Assembly (NCBI GenBank): GCA_963727505.1
Contig: CAVSGP010000004.1
Coordinates: 192,001 to 256,000 of the forward strand
DNA: 64,000 bases
Direction: 5' to 3'
Source: an uncultured Trueperaceae bacterium
GTDB taxonomy: Bacteria > Deinococcota > Deinococci > Deinococcales > Trueperaceae
In this document: in pieces, positions 43,065 through 53,022 of the stretch
How positions within the stretch are numbered: position 1 is the first letter of the stretch
How the letters are laid out: the number at the start of each line of letters is the position of its first letter
Made by a program: the position numbers and the translations under genes
The notes under the pieces: model-generated
The model's input: the letters and a program-made list of their open reading frames with translations, nothing else
Told to the model about the DNA's origin: nothing
Database searches by the model: none

Positions 43065-44219
43065 ATGCGCCGCCCGCTTCAGCTCCTGGCGATCCTGCTG
43101 GTCCTCGCCTCGGCCTCCGCCGCCACGCCCTTCACCGTCGGCGTGATCGTCTCCAAAGAGGGCACGGCCCGCGTCACCGGCGACGCCGAAGCGCTCGCCG
43201 CCATCGCCTACGCCTCGCGCGTGCGGGCGTCCGGCGGCATCTTCGGTACCCCCCTGGAGCTCCGCGTCGAGGACGACGCGGGGGATCCGACGAAGGCCGT
43301 CCAGATCGCCCGAACGCTCATCGGTGACGGTATCGACGCGCTCGTGTGCTGTACCACCGAAGCGGCCTCGGAGCCGGTGGCCCGGCTCGCCGAGGCGTCC
43401 GGCGTGGCCCTGCTGTCGATGTCGACGCTCGACGGCGCGGGCGGCACGCCGTACTGGAGTTTTTCGCTCGCTCCGCGCGACGAGGACGCGCTGGCTGCGG
43501 TGGTGGCGGACGCCAGCGCGCGCGGCCTCGGGAGCCTGGCCCTGATGACACTCGACAACGGCTTCGGAGACGTTGCCGTGAAGGACCTGAAGGCTCTGCT
43601 GTCCGTGGCCGGACTCGGTTACGCAGCGGAGGCCCGCTACCCGCCGGGGGCCGATGTCCTCACGCCCGAGGCGCTCTGGATCGCCACGCGCCAACCCGGT
43701 GGCGTGGTGATATGGGGTCTCAAGAACGATCTTCTCGCCGCGATCGATGGTCTCCACCGCCGCGGCTACCGCGGCCCGGTGTACGCCCGCAGCGCCCTGT
43801 TGAAACCAGTGATGGGCGGACTGGCGCTGAGCCGGCTCGAGGGCGTTCGCTTCGCGGTGGCGCCGGTGACCGTGGCGCAGGGTCTTCCGCCTACCGCGAC
43901 CTGCGCAGAGGCCGCCCGGACCGCCGCCGACCGCTTGCTCGGCGTGTACGGCGGCATCATCGACCTGGCACCCGCCGCGTCCGCGTACGACGCGATCGAG
44001 CTGTTGAGGGCGGCCTTCGAGCAGGTCGCCGCGCTGCGCCTGCCGGACAGCGACGCCTCTGCTCGCCGGCAGGCGGTGCGCGACTCCCTCGTCGGCCTTC
44101 CCCCGACCTGCGGCGCGGGCGGGCTCTACGACCTGCGCGAGGGCAAGCGCGACGCCGTCGAACCGGCGGGACTGGCGATCGCTGTGGTGCAGGGAGGCCG
44201 GCTGGAGGCCGCACCTTAA
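43065..44219 (+). CDS. ABC substrate-binding protein (LivJ/branched-chain fold), orphan
   Basis: Signal peptide; GGIFG.PLELRVEDD.GDP; no permease genes adjacent. Confidence 0.8.
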   Translation: MRRPLQLLAILLVLASASAATPFTVGVIVSKEGTARVTGDAEALAAIAYASRVRASGGIFGTPLELRVEDDAGDPTKAVQIARTLIGDGIDALVCCTTEAASEPVARLAEASGVALLSMSTLDGAGGTPYWSFSLAPRDEDALAAVVADASARGLGSLALMTLDNGFGDVAVKDLKALLSVAGLGYAAEARYPPGADVLTPEALWIATRQPGGVVIWGLKNDLLAAIDGLHRRGYRGPVYARSALLKPVMGGLALSRLEGVRFAVAPVTVAQGLPPTATCAEAARTAADRLLGVYGGIIDLAPAASAYDAIELLRAAFEQVAALRLPDSDASARRQAVRDSLVGLPPTCGAGGLYDLREGKRDAVEPAGLAIAVVQGGRLEAAP

Positions 44220-44356
44220 GGAACCACCGTCGAGGGGGCCACGGTGAGCCACGGCCCCAGCGAGGCCACGACGGGCGCGTCGGGCGCGTCGGGCCCCGTT
44301 TGGAGCCCCGGGGGGCAAGACCGGGCGCAGAACCGGCCCGCGGTACACTGGCGACA

Positions 44357-45469
44357 ATGATCGAGAAGCTGAACACCCTCACGGACGAGTTCGAGGCGCT
44401 CGAACGAAGTCTTGCGGACCCGGCGTTGATCGCGGACACCGGGCGCTACCGCGAGGCCATGCAGCGATACAGCGAACTCAAAGAGATCGTCGATGTCTTC
44501 AGGGAGTACCGCGACGCGAGCCGGCAGCTCGACGAGGCCCACGAGCTCGAGGGCGATCCCGAACTCGGAGACGAGGCGCGGGCCGAGACCGAACTGCTGC
44601 AGCCACGCATCGAAGCGCTCGAGCAGTCCCTGGAGCGCCTGCTCCTCCCCACCGACCCTTTCGACGACAAGGACGTCATCGTCGAGGTACGGGCGGCCGC
44701 AGGGGGCGACGAGGCCTCGCTCTTCGCTCGCGAGGTGCTCGACATGTACCTGCGTTACGCCGAGGGCCTCGGTTACGGCACGGAACTGCTCGATTCGCAC
44801 CCGACCGACGTCGGCGGCCTGTCCAAGGTCTCGTTCGAGATCCACGGCCGCGGGGCTTACAGCCGTTTCAAGTTCGAGTCGGGGGTGCATCGGGTACAGC
44901 GCGTACCCGCCACCGAGGCGCAGGGACGCATCCACACCAGCACGGTGACGGTGGCGGTACTGCCCGAGGCCGAGGACGTCGATGTCCACCTCTCCGGGTC
45001 GGACTACCGGATCGACGTGTACCGTTCCAGCGGCCCCGGCGGTCAGTCGGTGAACACTACCGACTCGGCGGTGCGGGTCACGTACAGGGCGGGCACCGCC
45101 GACGAGATCGTGGTGACATGCCAGGACGGCAAGTCGCAGATCAAGAACAAGGAGAAGGCGCTGGCGGTGTTGCGCGCGCGGCTGCTCGAGCGCGAGCGTG
45201 AGCGCGCGCTCGTCGAAGCGCGGGAGGCACGCCTTGTGCAGATCGGCAGCGGTGAGCGCAGCGAGAAGGTGCGCACCTACAACTTCCCGCAGTCGCGCGT
45301 GACCGATCACCGCATCGGCTACACCACCCGCGACCTGCAAGGGGTGCTGCTCGGCGGCCTTCAGGAGCTGACGGCGGCACTCTCGGAGGCCGAGCAGGGG
45401 CGCCGGCTGGAAGCGATGGCGGCGAAGCCCTCGAACGGCGAGACCGCGGCGGCCGGTGGCACGGCGTGA
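44357..45469 (+). CDS. prfA: Peptide chain release factor 1
   Basis: RVQRVPATE (PxT), GPGGQSVN, RTYNFPQSRVTDHR. Confidence 0.97.
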   Translation: MIEKLNTLTDEFEALERSLADPALIADTGRYREAMQRYSELKEIVDVFREYRDASRQLDEAHELEGDPELGDEARAETELLQPRIEALEQSLERLLLPTDPFDDKDVIVEVRAAAGGDEASLFAREVLDMYLRYAEGLGYGTELLDSHPTDVGGLSKVSFEIHGRGAYSRFKFESGVHRVQRVPATEAQGRIHTSTVTVAVLPEAEDVDVHLSGSDYRIDVYRSSGPGGQSVNTTDSAVRVTYRAGTADEIVVTCQDGKSQIKNKEKALAVLRARLLERERERALVEAREARLVQIGSGERSEKVRTYNFPQSRVTDHRIGYTTRDLQGVLLGGLQELTAALSEAEQGRRLEAMAAKPSNGETAAAGGTA

Positions 45470-45929
45470 GTTCGTCGTTGCCGCGGCGATCCTGCTGGAC
45501 GCCCAAGGGCGCGTCCTGCTCGTAGGCAACGACTGGCAAGGGTACGGGAACGTCCGCTACACGCTTCCGGGAGGGGTGGTGGAACGCGGGGAGTCGACGC
45601 TCGACGCCCTCCGTCGCGAGGTCCGCGAGGAGACGGGCCTCGTCCTCACGGAGATCACCCACCTGGCGTACGCCGTGCACGTGGAGGACCGTCGTCGTAA
45701 CGACCGCGCCGTGTCCTTCGCCTTCCACGCCCGCTACGACGGCCTCCTGAACCCGCGAGATCCCGACGGCTTCATCGTCGAGGCCCGGTTCTTCCCAGCC
45801 GAAGACGTCAAGAGCATCATCCCCATCCCGCCGCTGCGTGACCCGCTGGTGGCCTACTTGCAGGGCCAGCGTCCCGGCACGTTCTACGCCTACGCCGGCT
45901 GGGACGGTCGCGACGTGCAGCCGGCATGA
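45456..45929 (+). CDS. NUDIX hydrolase
   Basis: PGGVVERGE....LRREVREETG. Confidence 0.9.
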   Translation: MARREFVVAAAILLDAQGRVLLVGNDWQGYGNVRYTLPGGVVERGESTLDALRREVREETGLVLTEITHLAYAVHVEDRRRNDRAVSFAFHARYDGLLNPRDPDGFIVEARFFPAEDVKSIIPIPPLRDPLVAYLQGQRPGTFYAYAGWDGRDVQPA

Positions 45930-45954
45930 GGCGCGGCCCTGATAGCATGCCGCC

Positions 45955-47187
45955 ATGGACGTACCCAGCGGGCTCGCTCCGGCCGAGGCGGTCGGCATCC
46001 TGCAGCAGGACGCTCCCACCCTCGGAAGTGAGCGCGTCGATCTGATCGACGCGCTGGGGCGCGTCCTCGCCGACGACCTCGCCAGCCTGTGCGACCACCC
46101 CGGCGTCGACAACTCGGCGCTCGACGGCTATGCCTGCAGGGCGGCGGATACGTCCGCCGCCCGCGAAGCGACGCCGGCAAGGCTCAGGCTCGTGGGCGAA
46201 GCGCCCGCAGGTCGCCCCTTCGAGGGTCGGGTAGAGCCCGGGGAGGCGGTCCGCATCTTCACGGGCGCCGCCGTTCCGGACGGCGCCGACGGCATCGTCC
46301 CGGTCGAGGCAAGTCACGAGGGCGAGGACGGTCTGATCGAGCTCTCGCAGCCGGCGCGTGCCGCCGACATCCGACGACGCGCCCAGGATCTCGTAGACGG
46401 ACAGGTCTATCTTCAACGTGGGCGGCGGCTGGATGCCGCCACCATCGGGCTCGCGGGCGGCATGGGGCACGCGACCGTGCCGGTGATGCGCCGGCCGCGG
46501 GTGGCGCTCCTGACCACCGGCGACGAGGTCGTGGATCCCGGCCGGACGCTCGAGCGCGGGCAGGTCTATGACAGCAACGGTGCATCGCTCATGGCGCTGG
46601 GCCAGGCGGCAGGGGCCGATATGCTCCGGCTACCCCGCGTCGGCGACGATGCCGATGCCCTCGAGCGCGCCCTGGAGCCGCTCGGGGCCGTGGACCTGCT
46701 GCTCACCTCCGGCGGCGTGTCGATGGGGCGCTACGACCGGGTGCGCGACCTGTTGTTCGGTCGGGGAACGGTGCGCTTCTGGAAGGTCGCCATGAAGCCC
46801 GGCGGACCCGCCCTCTACGGCCGGCTCGGAGAGCTCCCGGTGTTGGGCCTGCCCGGAAACCCGGTATCCAGCATGGTGGTCTTCCTGGTGCTTGCCCGAG
46901 CCTTCCTCGACGCCGCCCTCGGTCGCAGCGACCCGCCGCCCTACCTCGACCGGCGACCGGCTCGCGCGGGCACGGCCTTCCGCGGAGCGGCGCTCAAGGA
47001 GAGCCTGCCGCGTGCCCGGTTGACGCACAGCGACGACGGGCTGGTCGCCGTGGGATTGGTGAACCAGTCCTCGGGCGTGTTGCGCTCGATGAGCGAAGGC
47101 GACGCGCTCGCCGTGGTGCCGCCTGGGCGCGATATCGATGCCGGTGAGCCGCTCGACGTGATCCCGCTGGCGGAGCACCTGCGGTGA
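45955..47187 (+). CDS. moeA: Molybdopterin molybdotransferase
   Basis: SALDGYA, TGAAVPDGAD, TGDE, SGGVSMG, GLPGNPVS. Confidence 0.95.
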   Translation: MDVPSGLAPAEAVGILQQDAPTLGSERVDLIDALGRVLADDLASLCDHPGVDNSALDGYACRAADTSAAREATPARLRLVGEAPAGRPFEGRVEPGEAVRIFTGAAVPDGADGIVPVEASHEGEDGLIELSQPARAADIRRRAQDLVDGQVYLQRGRRLDAATIGLAGGMGHATVPVMRRPRVALLTTGDEVVDPGRTLERGQVYDSNGASLMALGQAAGADMLRLPRVGDDADALERALEPLGAVDLLLTSGGVSMGRYDRVRDLLFGRGTVRFWKVAMKPGGPALYGRLGELPVLGLPGNPVSSMVVFLVLARAFLDAALGRSDPPPYLDRRPARAGTAFRGAALKESLPRARLTHSDDGLVAVGLVNQSSGVLRSMSEGDALAVVPPGRDIDAGEPLDVIPLAEHLR

Positions 47188-47765
47188 GCCCGGCCCCAGT
47201 GCAGCTGCGCGAGGCTCCGCTTTCCCACGGCTTCTACGCCCGCCCGGCGGACCAGGTCGCGCGCGACCTGCTCGGGCAGCGTCTGTGCGTCGAGCAGGGC
47301 GGGCGCCGCTCGCTCACGCGCATCGTCGAGACCGAGGCCTACCTCGGCGAGATGGACCTCGCCTGTCACGCCTCGCGCGGCCTCACCCCTCGTACCCGGA
47401 CCCTCTATGGACCTCCCGGCACCGCCTACGTCTATCTGATCTACGGACTGCACCATCTGTTCAACGTCGTTGTTCTGGCCGAAGGCGAGCCGCACGCCGT
47501 GCTCGTCCGTGCCGTCGAACCGCTCTCGGAGCTGACGGCCCGCACCGACGGACCCGGCCGGCTGACCCGTGCGCTGGGCATCGATCTCTCGCACAACGGC
47601 ATCGAACTCGCCGGTCCACCGGTCTCGATCCTGCCGGGCGACCCTCCAGCCCGCGTGGGCGTAGACCGTCGCATCGGCGTCGACTACGCCGGCGACTGGG
47701 CGGCCGCTCCGCTACGCTTCGTCGACGTCGCCTCGACCCACCTCTCGCGCCCCACGCGGCGCTGA
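47184..47765 (+). CDS. mpg: DNA-3-methyladenine glycosylase (MPG/AAG type)
   Basis: IVETEAY, YVYLIYG, AVLVRA, GPGRL. Confidence 0.93.
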   Translation: MSPAPVQLREAPLSHGFYARPADQVARDLLGQRLCVEQGGRRSLTRIVETEAYLGEMDLACHASRGLTPRTRTLYGPPGTAYVYLIYGLHHLFNVVVLAEGEPHAVLVRAVEPLSELTARTDGPGRLTRALGIDLSHNGIELAGPPVSILPGDPPARVGVDRRIGVDYAGDWAAAPLRFVDVASTHLSRPTRR

Positions 47766-47798
47766 CGCCAGCCCGGGCGCGCACCCGCAGAAGCGTCG

Positions 47799-48731
47799 TC
47801 AGCGGCCCTGCGGGAACTCCTCCCGCGGCGTCAGACTGGTGTCGCGCACGCCCGCCTCGAAGGGCTCGACGTGCACCGTCGTCACCAGGTCCGAGAGCTC
47901 GGCATGCATGCGGTCCTCGAGCCTCGCCACCAGACGGTGAGCGTCGCGCACGCTCAACTCCGGATCGACGAAGACGTCGACCTCGGCGAAACGCGCGCGT
48001 CCGGCCCCGCGGGTCCGCAGGCGGTGGTATCCCTTGACCTCGGGCGCGTCGTCGAGCACCCTCAGGATGATGTGCTCCTCGGCCTCGGGGAGCCGCTCGT
48101 CCAGCAGCTCCGAGACCGAGTGCCGGAGCACGCGGACGCCCACGGCCACGATGTTGAACGCCACCAGGATGGCGATGATGGGGTCGAGCGGGCCCCAGCC
48201 TGTGATGGCCACCAGCGCCACGGCCAGCACCACGCCGATCGACGTCCAGACGTCGGTGAGCAGGTGGCGGGCGTTGGCTTCCAGGGCCGCCGAGCGCTCG
48301 CGACGCCCTGTCCGGAACAGGAAGGCCGCCAGGCCGCCGTTGACCGCCGCGGCCAGCGCCGCGATCAAGGAGCCGAACACGATGTGCTCGAGCGCCTGCG
48401 GGTGTAGCAGGCGCTGCACCGCGGTGACCAGGATGACCATCGCCGCTACGACGATCAGCGTGGCCTCGAGCACGCTCGAGAGGTACTCGGCCTTGGAGTG
48501 ACCGTATGGGTGGCGGTAATCGGGCGGCGTCCCCGCCACCGACAGGGCGATCATCAGCGCGACCGCCGCCACCAGGTTCACCAGTGACTCGGCGGCGTCG
48601 GACAGGAAGCCGACCGAACCGGTGAGCGCGTAGGCGCCGAACTTCAGGATCAGGATGACCAGGGCACCGACGAGGCCGACGCGTGCCGCACGCCGCCGTA
48701 CGGCGCCGCCGTCGTCAGCCCCGGTGCTCAC
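47799..48731 (-). CDS. Cation diffusion facilitator transporter
   Basis: SDAAES, HPYGHSKAE, HLLTD, VHVEP. Confidence 0.93.
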   Translation of the reverse strand: MSTGADDGGAVRRRAARVGLVGALVILILKFGAYALTGSVGFLSDAAESLVNLVAAVALMIALSVAGTPPDYRHPYGHSKAEYLSSVLEATLIVVAAMVILVTAVQRLLHPQALEHIVFGSLIAALAAAVNGGLAAFLFRTGRRERSAALEANARHLLTDVWTSIGVVLAVALVAITGWGPLDPIIAILVAFNIVAVGVRVLRHSVSELLDERLPEAEEHIILRVLDDAPEVKGYHRLRTRGAGRARFAEVDVFVDPELSVRDAHRLVARLEDRMHAELSDLVTTVHVEPFEAGVRDTSLTPREEFPQGR

Positions 48732-49126
48732 GCCGTCTCGTCCTCGTCAGGGGCGCCCTCCGCGGAGGAAGCGTCCCCTTCCGTGGCGAGATCGTCGGCG
48801 CCACCGAGTACCTCCTCGGGATCGGCGCCGGCCGCGATGGCACCCATGATGGCCTCCAACTCCTCGCCCTCGAAATCCGTGACGGTCTCCTCGATCAGTC
48901 GCAGGGCGCGCTCCGCCTCAGGCTCTGGGACGAGCACCACCGCCGAGCCGACGCCGCTGGCGCCAAGGTTGGAGAACACGTCGGTGAGGAGGTCCGAGCC
49001 GCGCACCATGGCGACCATCCCTTCCTCTTCGAGGAGTGCCGCCACCATCTCCGCCAGCGCCTGGGCCGGCGCCACGTCCACGATGGTCCACCGGTCCCCG
49101 TTGATGACGACGGTCTGTCCCTTCAC
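48728..49126 (-). CDS. Hypothetical protein (DUF2007-like)
   Basis: AEMVAALLEEEG...VLVPE..AERA pattern; coupled to neighbours. Confidence 0.65.
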   Translation of the reverse strand: MKGQTVVINGDRWTIVDVAPAQALAEMVAALLEEEGMVAMVRGSDLLTDVFSNLGASGVGSAVVLVPEPEAERALRLIEETVTDFEGEELEAIMGAIAAGADPEEVLGGADDLATEGDASSAEGAPDEDETA

Positions 49127-49127
49127 G

Positions 49128-50288
49128 TCACTTCACCCCCTGTCCGAGGAACGCGTGCGCCAATGCGCGATAACCAGCCCGGGCCACATGCAGGCTGGCG
49201 ACCTCCACGCTCTCGTCGGTGGTGTGCGCCAGCTCCTCCTCGCCGGGGCCGAAGCCGACCACCACGCCGCCCGAGCGGACCAGGTGCGGGGCGTCGGTCG
49301 CGAACCACCAGGTGCGCTCCTCCAGGGCTCGGCCGGCCTCCGCCAATGCCGCGCGCAACGCACCGCGGGCCGTCTCGATGACGGGACTCTCGCCGGGAGC
49401 CAGGTAGGCGTCGACCGAACGGGGGAACTCCCGCCGCAACGCCCCGTCCTCGCTCTGTGCGTATTCGGTGGGGACGGTGATCTCGACGCGCGGATCGGCG
49501 GCGATCTCCTGGAGGCGCCGCATCACGCTCGCCTCGTCGTCGCCCGGGATGGTGCGGTAGTCGACGGTCAGCACCGCCGAGCCCGGCACGACGTTGACGC
49601 CGCCCTCCGGGAAGGTCAGGAGCTGGGTGGGTGTGGCGCTGGACCCGTGCAGCGGGCCGCCCGCGGGAAGCTCGGCGCGCTCCAGCCGTTCGAGGAAATG
49701 TGCGGCGTTCAATAGCGCGTTCTCTCCCAGCTCCGCCTTGGCCGCGTGCGCGATGCGCCCGGGGAAGCGCACCTCGAGCTCGATGCGGCCCCGGTGTCCG
49801 AGCATCAGGTCGAGTTTGCTCGGCTCGCCCAGTACGATCACATCGGCGGCCAGGCTCTCGCCCAGGAAGCGCGCACCCAGCCCCCCGACCTCCTCTTGCA
49901 CCACGCCAGCGACGACCAGCGTGCCGGCGAAACCCGTCCGCGCGGCGTCGGCCGCCGCCAGCGTCATGCAGGCCAGGGCGCTCTTCATGTCGCACGCGCC
50001 GCGCCCCCATAGCCGCCCGTCCACCACCGCGCCGGACAGCGGGGGCTGCGGCCACAGCGAGGCATCGCCCACCGGCACGGTGTCGAGATGACCGTTGAAC
50101 ATCACCACAGGCCCGTCGCCGCGCCGGAACACGCCGAGCACGTTGCCGGCCTCATCGCGCCGTACCTCGTCGAAACCGAGTTCGCCGAAGGCGCGCAGCA
50201 GCACCTCCGCCGCCGGGTCCTCCCGACCCGAGGGGCTAGGAGCGCGGATCAGGTCGGAGGCGAGCGTCACCAGGGCGTCGGAATCCAT
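49128..50288 (-). CDS. M20 family metallopeptidase/deacylase (ArgE/YgeY-like)
   Basis: GHLDTV, GRGACDMK, QEE, GEPS, AHTTDE. Confidence 0.92.
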   Translation of the reverse strand: MDSDALVTLASDLIRAPSPSGREDPAAEVLLRAFGELGFDEVRRDEAGNVLGVFRRGDGPVVMFNGHLDTVPVGDASLWPQPPLSGAVVDGRLWGRGACDMKSALACMTLAAADAARTGFAGTLVVAGVVQEEVGGLGARFLGESLAADVIVLGEPSKLDLMLGHRGRIELEVRFPGRIAHAAKAELGENALLNAAHFLERLERAELPAGGPLHGSSATPTQLLTFPEGGVNVVPGSAVLTVDYRTIPGDDEASVMRRLQEIAADPRVEITVPTEYAQSEDGALRREFPRSVDAYLAPGESPVIETARGALRAALAEAGRALEERTWWFATDAPHLVRSGGVVVGFGPGEEELAHTTDESVEVASLHVARAGYRALAHAFLGQGVK

Positions 50289-50348
50289 GCCTGGCATCAT
50301 ACGAACTTTCCCATCGCCGCCCCGCGCTGCGTCGGCTATCCTCCGGGC

Positions 50349-51140
50349 ATGACGCAGCTCGCCTGGGACTGCGGCGCCTGCGGCCACCACAACGCCGCCG
50401 GGGCCGTGTGCGCGGCGTGTGGGGTCGCCAAGCGCTACCTCGACGACCCGCCGCTCGATCTCCCGTTCCCGCCACGCCTCACGGCTCTCCCCGGCTTCTA
50501 CGCCGGGCTGCTGTGGACGGCCGTCGCCCTGCTCGCCGCCGCGCTGCTGCTGGCGCCGGGGTGGCGCACCGCGCTCGGCCTCGGCCCGGTGTTCGTAGGG
50601 TTGGGCCTGGCGTCGGCGGCGGGCGCCGCCTGGTCGTCCCTCGTCGACGCGCTGTGGCAGCGCTCGTTCAACGAGATGCGGCTCGAGGTGCCCGAGACCG
50701 CCCGTAGCGGCGAGCCCTTCGAGGCCACCCTGACGCTGGTGCCCTACGACCGCGTCGCACCGGTGCACGTGAGCTTCGCGCTCGTCGACAACTTCTACCA
50801 GCGCGCGAGCGACGGCAGCGTGCAGACACGCACGCGCCGCCTCGACCGGCAGGTCGCGATGTTCGGCGAGCCTCTCCGCGGGCGCCACACGCACGTGCTC
50901 AAGGCCCTCTTCCCCGCGCCCTTCCCGGCGACGCGCCATACCGACCTGGTCGCAGAGGCGATGGCGTCGCTGCTGGGCGTCCTGGGGTGGGTGGTTCCGG
51001 GTCTCAGTTTCACGGCGCGCAACCTCAAAGAGCACGGCGGCTACTTCGTCAGCGCCAGCGTGCGCGTGGGTTGGCTGCGGCGCACCTTCAAGCGCCGGGT
51101 GATCACCTACTTCGTCGGCGCCGACCTCTACGTCGGTTGA
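50349..51140 (+). CDS. Membrane protein with N-terminal Zn-ribbon
   Basis: WDCGACGHHN....VCAACG; two TM helices. Confidence 0.7.
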   Translation: MTQLAWDCGACGHHNAAGAVCAACGVAKRYLDDPPLDLPFPPRLTALPGFYAGLLWTAVALLAAALLLAPGWRTALGLGPVFVGLGLASAAGAAWSSLVDALWQRSFNEMRLEVPETARSGEPFEATLTLVPYDRVAPVHVSFALVDNFYQRASDGSVQTRTRRLDRQVAMFGEPLRGRHTHVLKALFPAPFPATRHTDLVAEAMASLLGVLGWVVPGLSFTARNLKEHGGYFVSASVRVGWLRRTFKRRVITYFVGADLYVG

Positions 51141-51481
51141 GCGGGGCCGCCCGCCATGCGCAGCGCCAGCTCGTCGTCGGGCCACCAACCGAAGCGCGCC
51201 ATGTCCACGCGTCCGCCCTCCAGCTCCACGCCTTCGGCCCGCAGCAGCGCCGTCTGCAGCTCGCCGTGACCCACCTTGTAGGTGGAGATGCCACCGCGGG
51301 CGTTCACCACGCGCTGCCACGGGACGTCCCCGTCGGCCTCCCGCAGACCGCGCAGCACCGCGCCCACGGCCCGCGCGGCGCCCGGCCTCCCCGCCAGCAG
51401 CGCCACACGACCGTAGCTCACCACGCGGCCCTCGGGAACGGCGCGTACCACCCGCAGCACCGCACTCCGGAACGGATCCAT
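51128..51481 (-). CDS. Alkyltransferase-like (ATL/MGMT family) DNA-binding protein
   Basis: VPEGRVVSYG, ARAVG, PWQRVV (Trp at the catalytic Cys position). Confidence 0.9.
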   Translation of the reverse strand: MDPFRSAVLRVVRAVPEGRVVSYGRVALLAGRPGAARAVGAVLRGLREADGDVPWQRVVNARGGISTYKVGHGELQTALLRAEGVELEGGRVDMARFGWWPDDELALRMAGGPAQPT

Positions 51482-51577
51482 GCCCCATGCTAGCGGGCGG
51501 GCCTCGTCGCAGCCGGCAGTGAAGCCACGTTCATCGCGTCACCCGCCACGATGCGGAGGCGCGCCGTAGACTGCGCC

Positions 51578-52705
51578 ATGCTCCGCGCTCACCTCCGGTC
51601 TCCCCTCGCCTGGATGCGGATCGTCGTCCTGGCGGGCTCTCTCGCCCTGGCCGTCGCCCTCGCCGCACCCCTGCCCCTGGCAGCGCACGAGCCGATCCCT
51701 CCGCCCGATGCCGCGCTGGAGGCGGCGCTGCTGCGCGCTACCAACGACGCGCGTACGGCCCAGGGGCTGGCGCCCGTCGCCCAGGACGAGGGCCTGGCGC
51801 GGGCAGCGCGCGCGCACGCCGCCGAGATGGCGCAACTCAACTACTTCTCCCACGGATCCCCGGTCCCGGCGCACGACTCCCTGCAGAAGCGCCTGGCGCT
51901 GGCCGGCAGCCCGTTGGTGGACATCGCCGAGAACATCGTCATGCTGGCCCGTCCCGGCGACGCCGAGACCGCCGGCCGCCAGGCCGTGGACGACTGGTTG
52001 CACTCCCCGCCGCACCGCAGGAACCTCCTCGACGCGCACTACGACCGCGTGGGCTTCGGAGTAGCCCGCAACGGCCAGGGCGAGCTCTTCGCGGTGCAGG
52101 ACTTCGGAGCCGATCCCATCGATCTGCTGGACGTCACCGTCGCCCACGCCTCTCGCACGGTGCACCGCGTGACCGTCCAGATCAGTGCGCGCGTGGCCAC
52201 CCGCGCGCTGTTCCACCTCGGTGACGCAGCGCCCGAGACGCGCGACCTTCCCGCCGGCACCTCGACGGTGACGCTCACCACCGAAGCGACCGGAACGTCG
52301 ACCCTGTTCGCCGGCGTGCCCTTGCAGGGCAACCACTACGTCGTCGACGACGGCGGCACGCTCGATCTCGCGAGCGGTCGCTACCTTCCCGACCCCGGCG
52401 AACCCCGCACGACGCTGAGCGTGCTTGATGTCGGCGTCCGGCGCGAGACCGAGAGCGGTGCGCGGCTCGAGCTGCGCTACGCGCCGCCTTCGCGCGGCAG
52501 GCTCGCCCTCTTCGTACAGGGCAACGCACAGCCCACCGCCCGCGTTTCGCCGGGCCGCTTCACGGTGTTCCTTCCCGACACGCTCGGGCCCTCCACGCTG
52601 TCGGTCGGGCTGGAAGGCGCCGGCAACGAAGTCTCCATCCTCCATCGCTTCCACATCGATCCCGGGGCAGACGTCCCTCGTCTGCTGGCCGGCAAGGCAC
52701 GCTGA
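51578..52705 (+). CDS. Secreted CAP/SCP domain protein
   Basis: Signal peptide; HAAEMA..NYFSH, AENI, WLHSPPHRRNLL. Confidence 0.88.
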   Translation: MLRAHLRSPLAWMRIVVLAGSLALAVALAAPLPLAAHEPIPPPDAALEAALLRATNDARTAQGLAPVAQDEGLARAARAHAAEMAQLNYFSHGSPVPAHDSLQKRLALAGSPLVDIAENIVMLARPGDAETAGRQAVDDWLHSPPHRRNLLDAHYDRVGFGVARNGQGELFAVQDFGADPIDLLDVTVAHASRTVHRVTVQISARVATRALFHLGDAAPETRDLPAGTSTVTLTTEATGTSTLFAGVPLQGNHYVVDDGGTLDLASGRYLPDPGEPRTTLSVLDVGVRRETESGARLELRYAPPSRGRLALFVQGNAQPTARVSPGRFTVFLPDTLGPSTLSVGLEGAGNEVSILHRFHIDPGADVPRLLAGKAR

Positions 52706-52721
52706 GGGTATCCTCGCTCCG

Positions 52722-52907
52722 GTGTCCAGCGCGCTGTCGTTCCTCGTCCGCATCGCCGCCTACCTGTTCCTGGTCGGGATCGTCATGGTCGTGGTGTCGC
52801 CCGTGCCGGCGTTGTCGCGGCGCTTCCCGCGGCTCTACCTGCTGGGCTTCCTGATCTCGGTGGTGAGCGTGTTCCTGGTGCTGGCGGGCGCCCTGTTGCT
52901 GGGCTGA
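52722..52907 (+). CDS. Small 2-TM membrane protein (61 aa)
   Basis: Hydrophobic ORF; TATCCT 7 nt before GTG. Confidence 0.55.
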   Translation: MSSALSFLVRIAAYLFLVGIVMVVVSPVPALSRRFPRLYLLGFLISVVSVFLVLAGALLLG

Positions 52908-53022
52908 GGCCGTCGGGGGCGGCGCGGGCCACGACCCGAGCAGCCTGCTAGAATGGCCGCCGCAGCACGACGGGGCGGCCACGACACGGCCTGGGGCGGG
53001 CTCCGCCAGGAGGGAAGGAACC

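Noticed and set aside
43346..45469. Apparent fusions or N-terminal extensions in the ORF track (707-aa prfA, 786-aa M20, 558-aa M24, 620-aa permease)
   Set aside because: Artefacts of taking the first possible start; real starts are supported by an RBS or leaderless -10 and by domain boundaries
44357..45929. prfA lacking an adjacent prmC; possible programmed frameshift
   Set aside because: The PxT motif marks RF1, which has no frameshift; prmC unlinked from prfA is common
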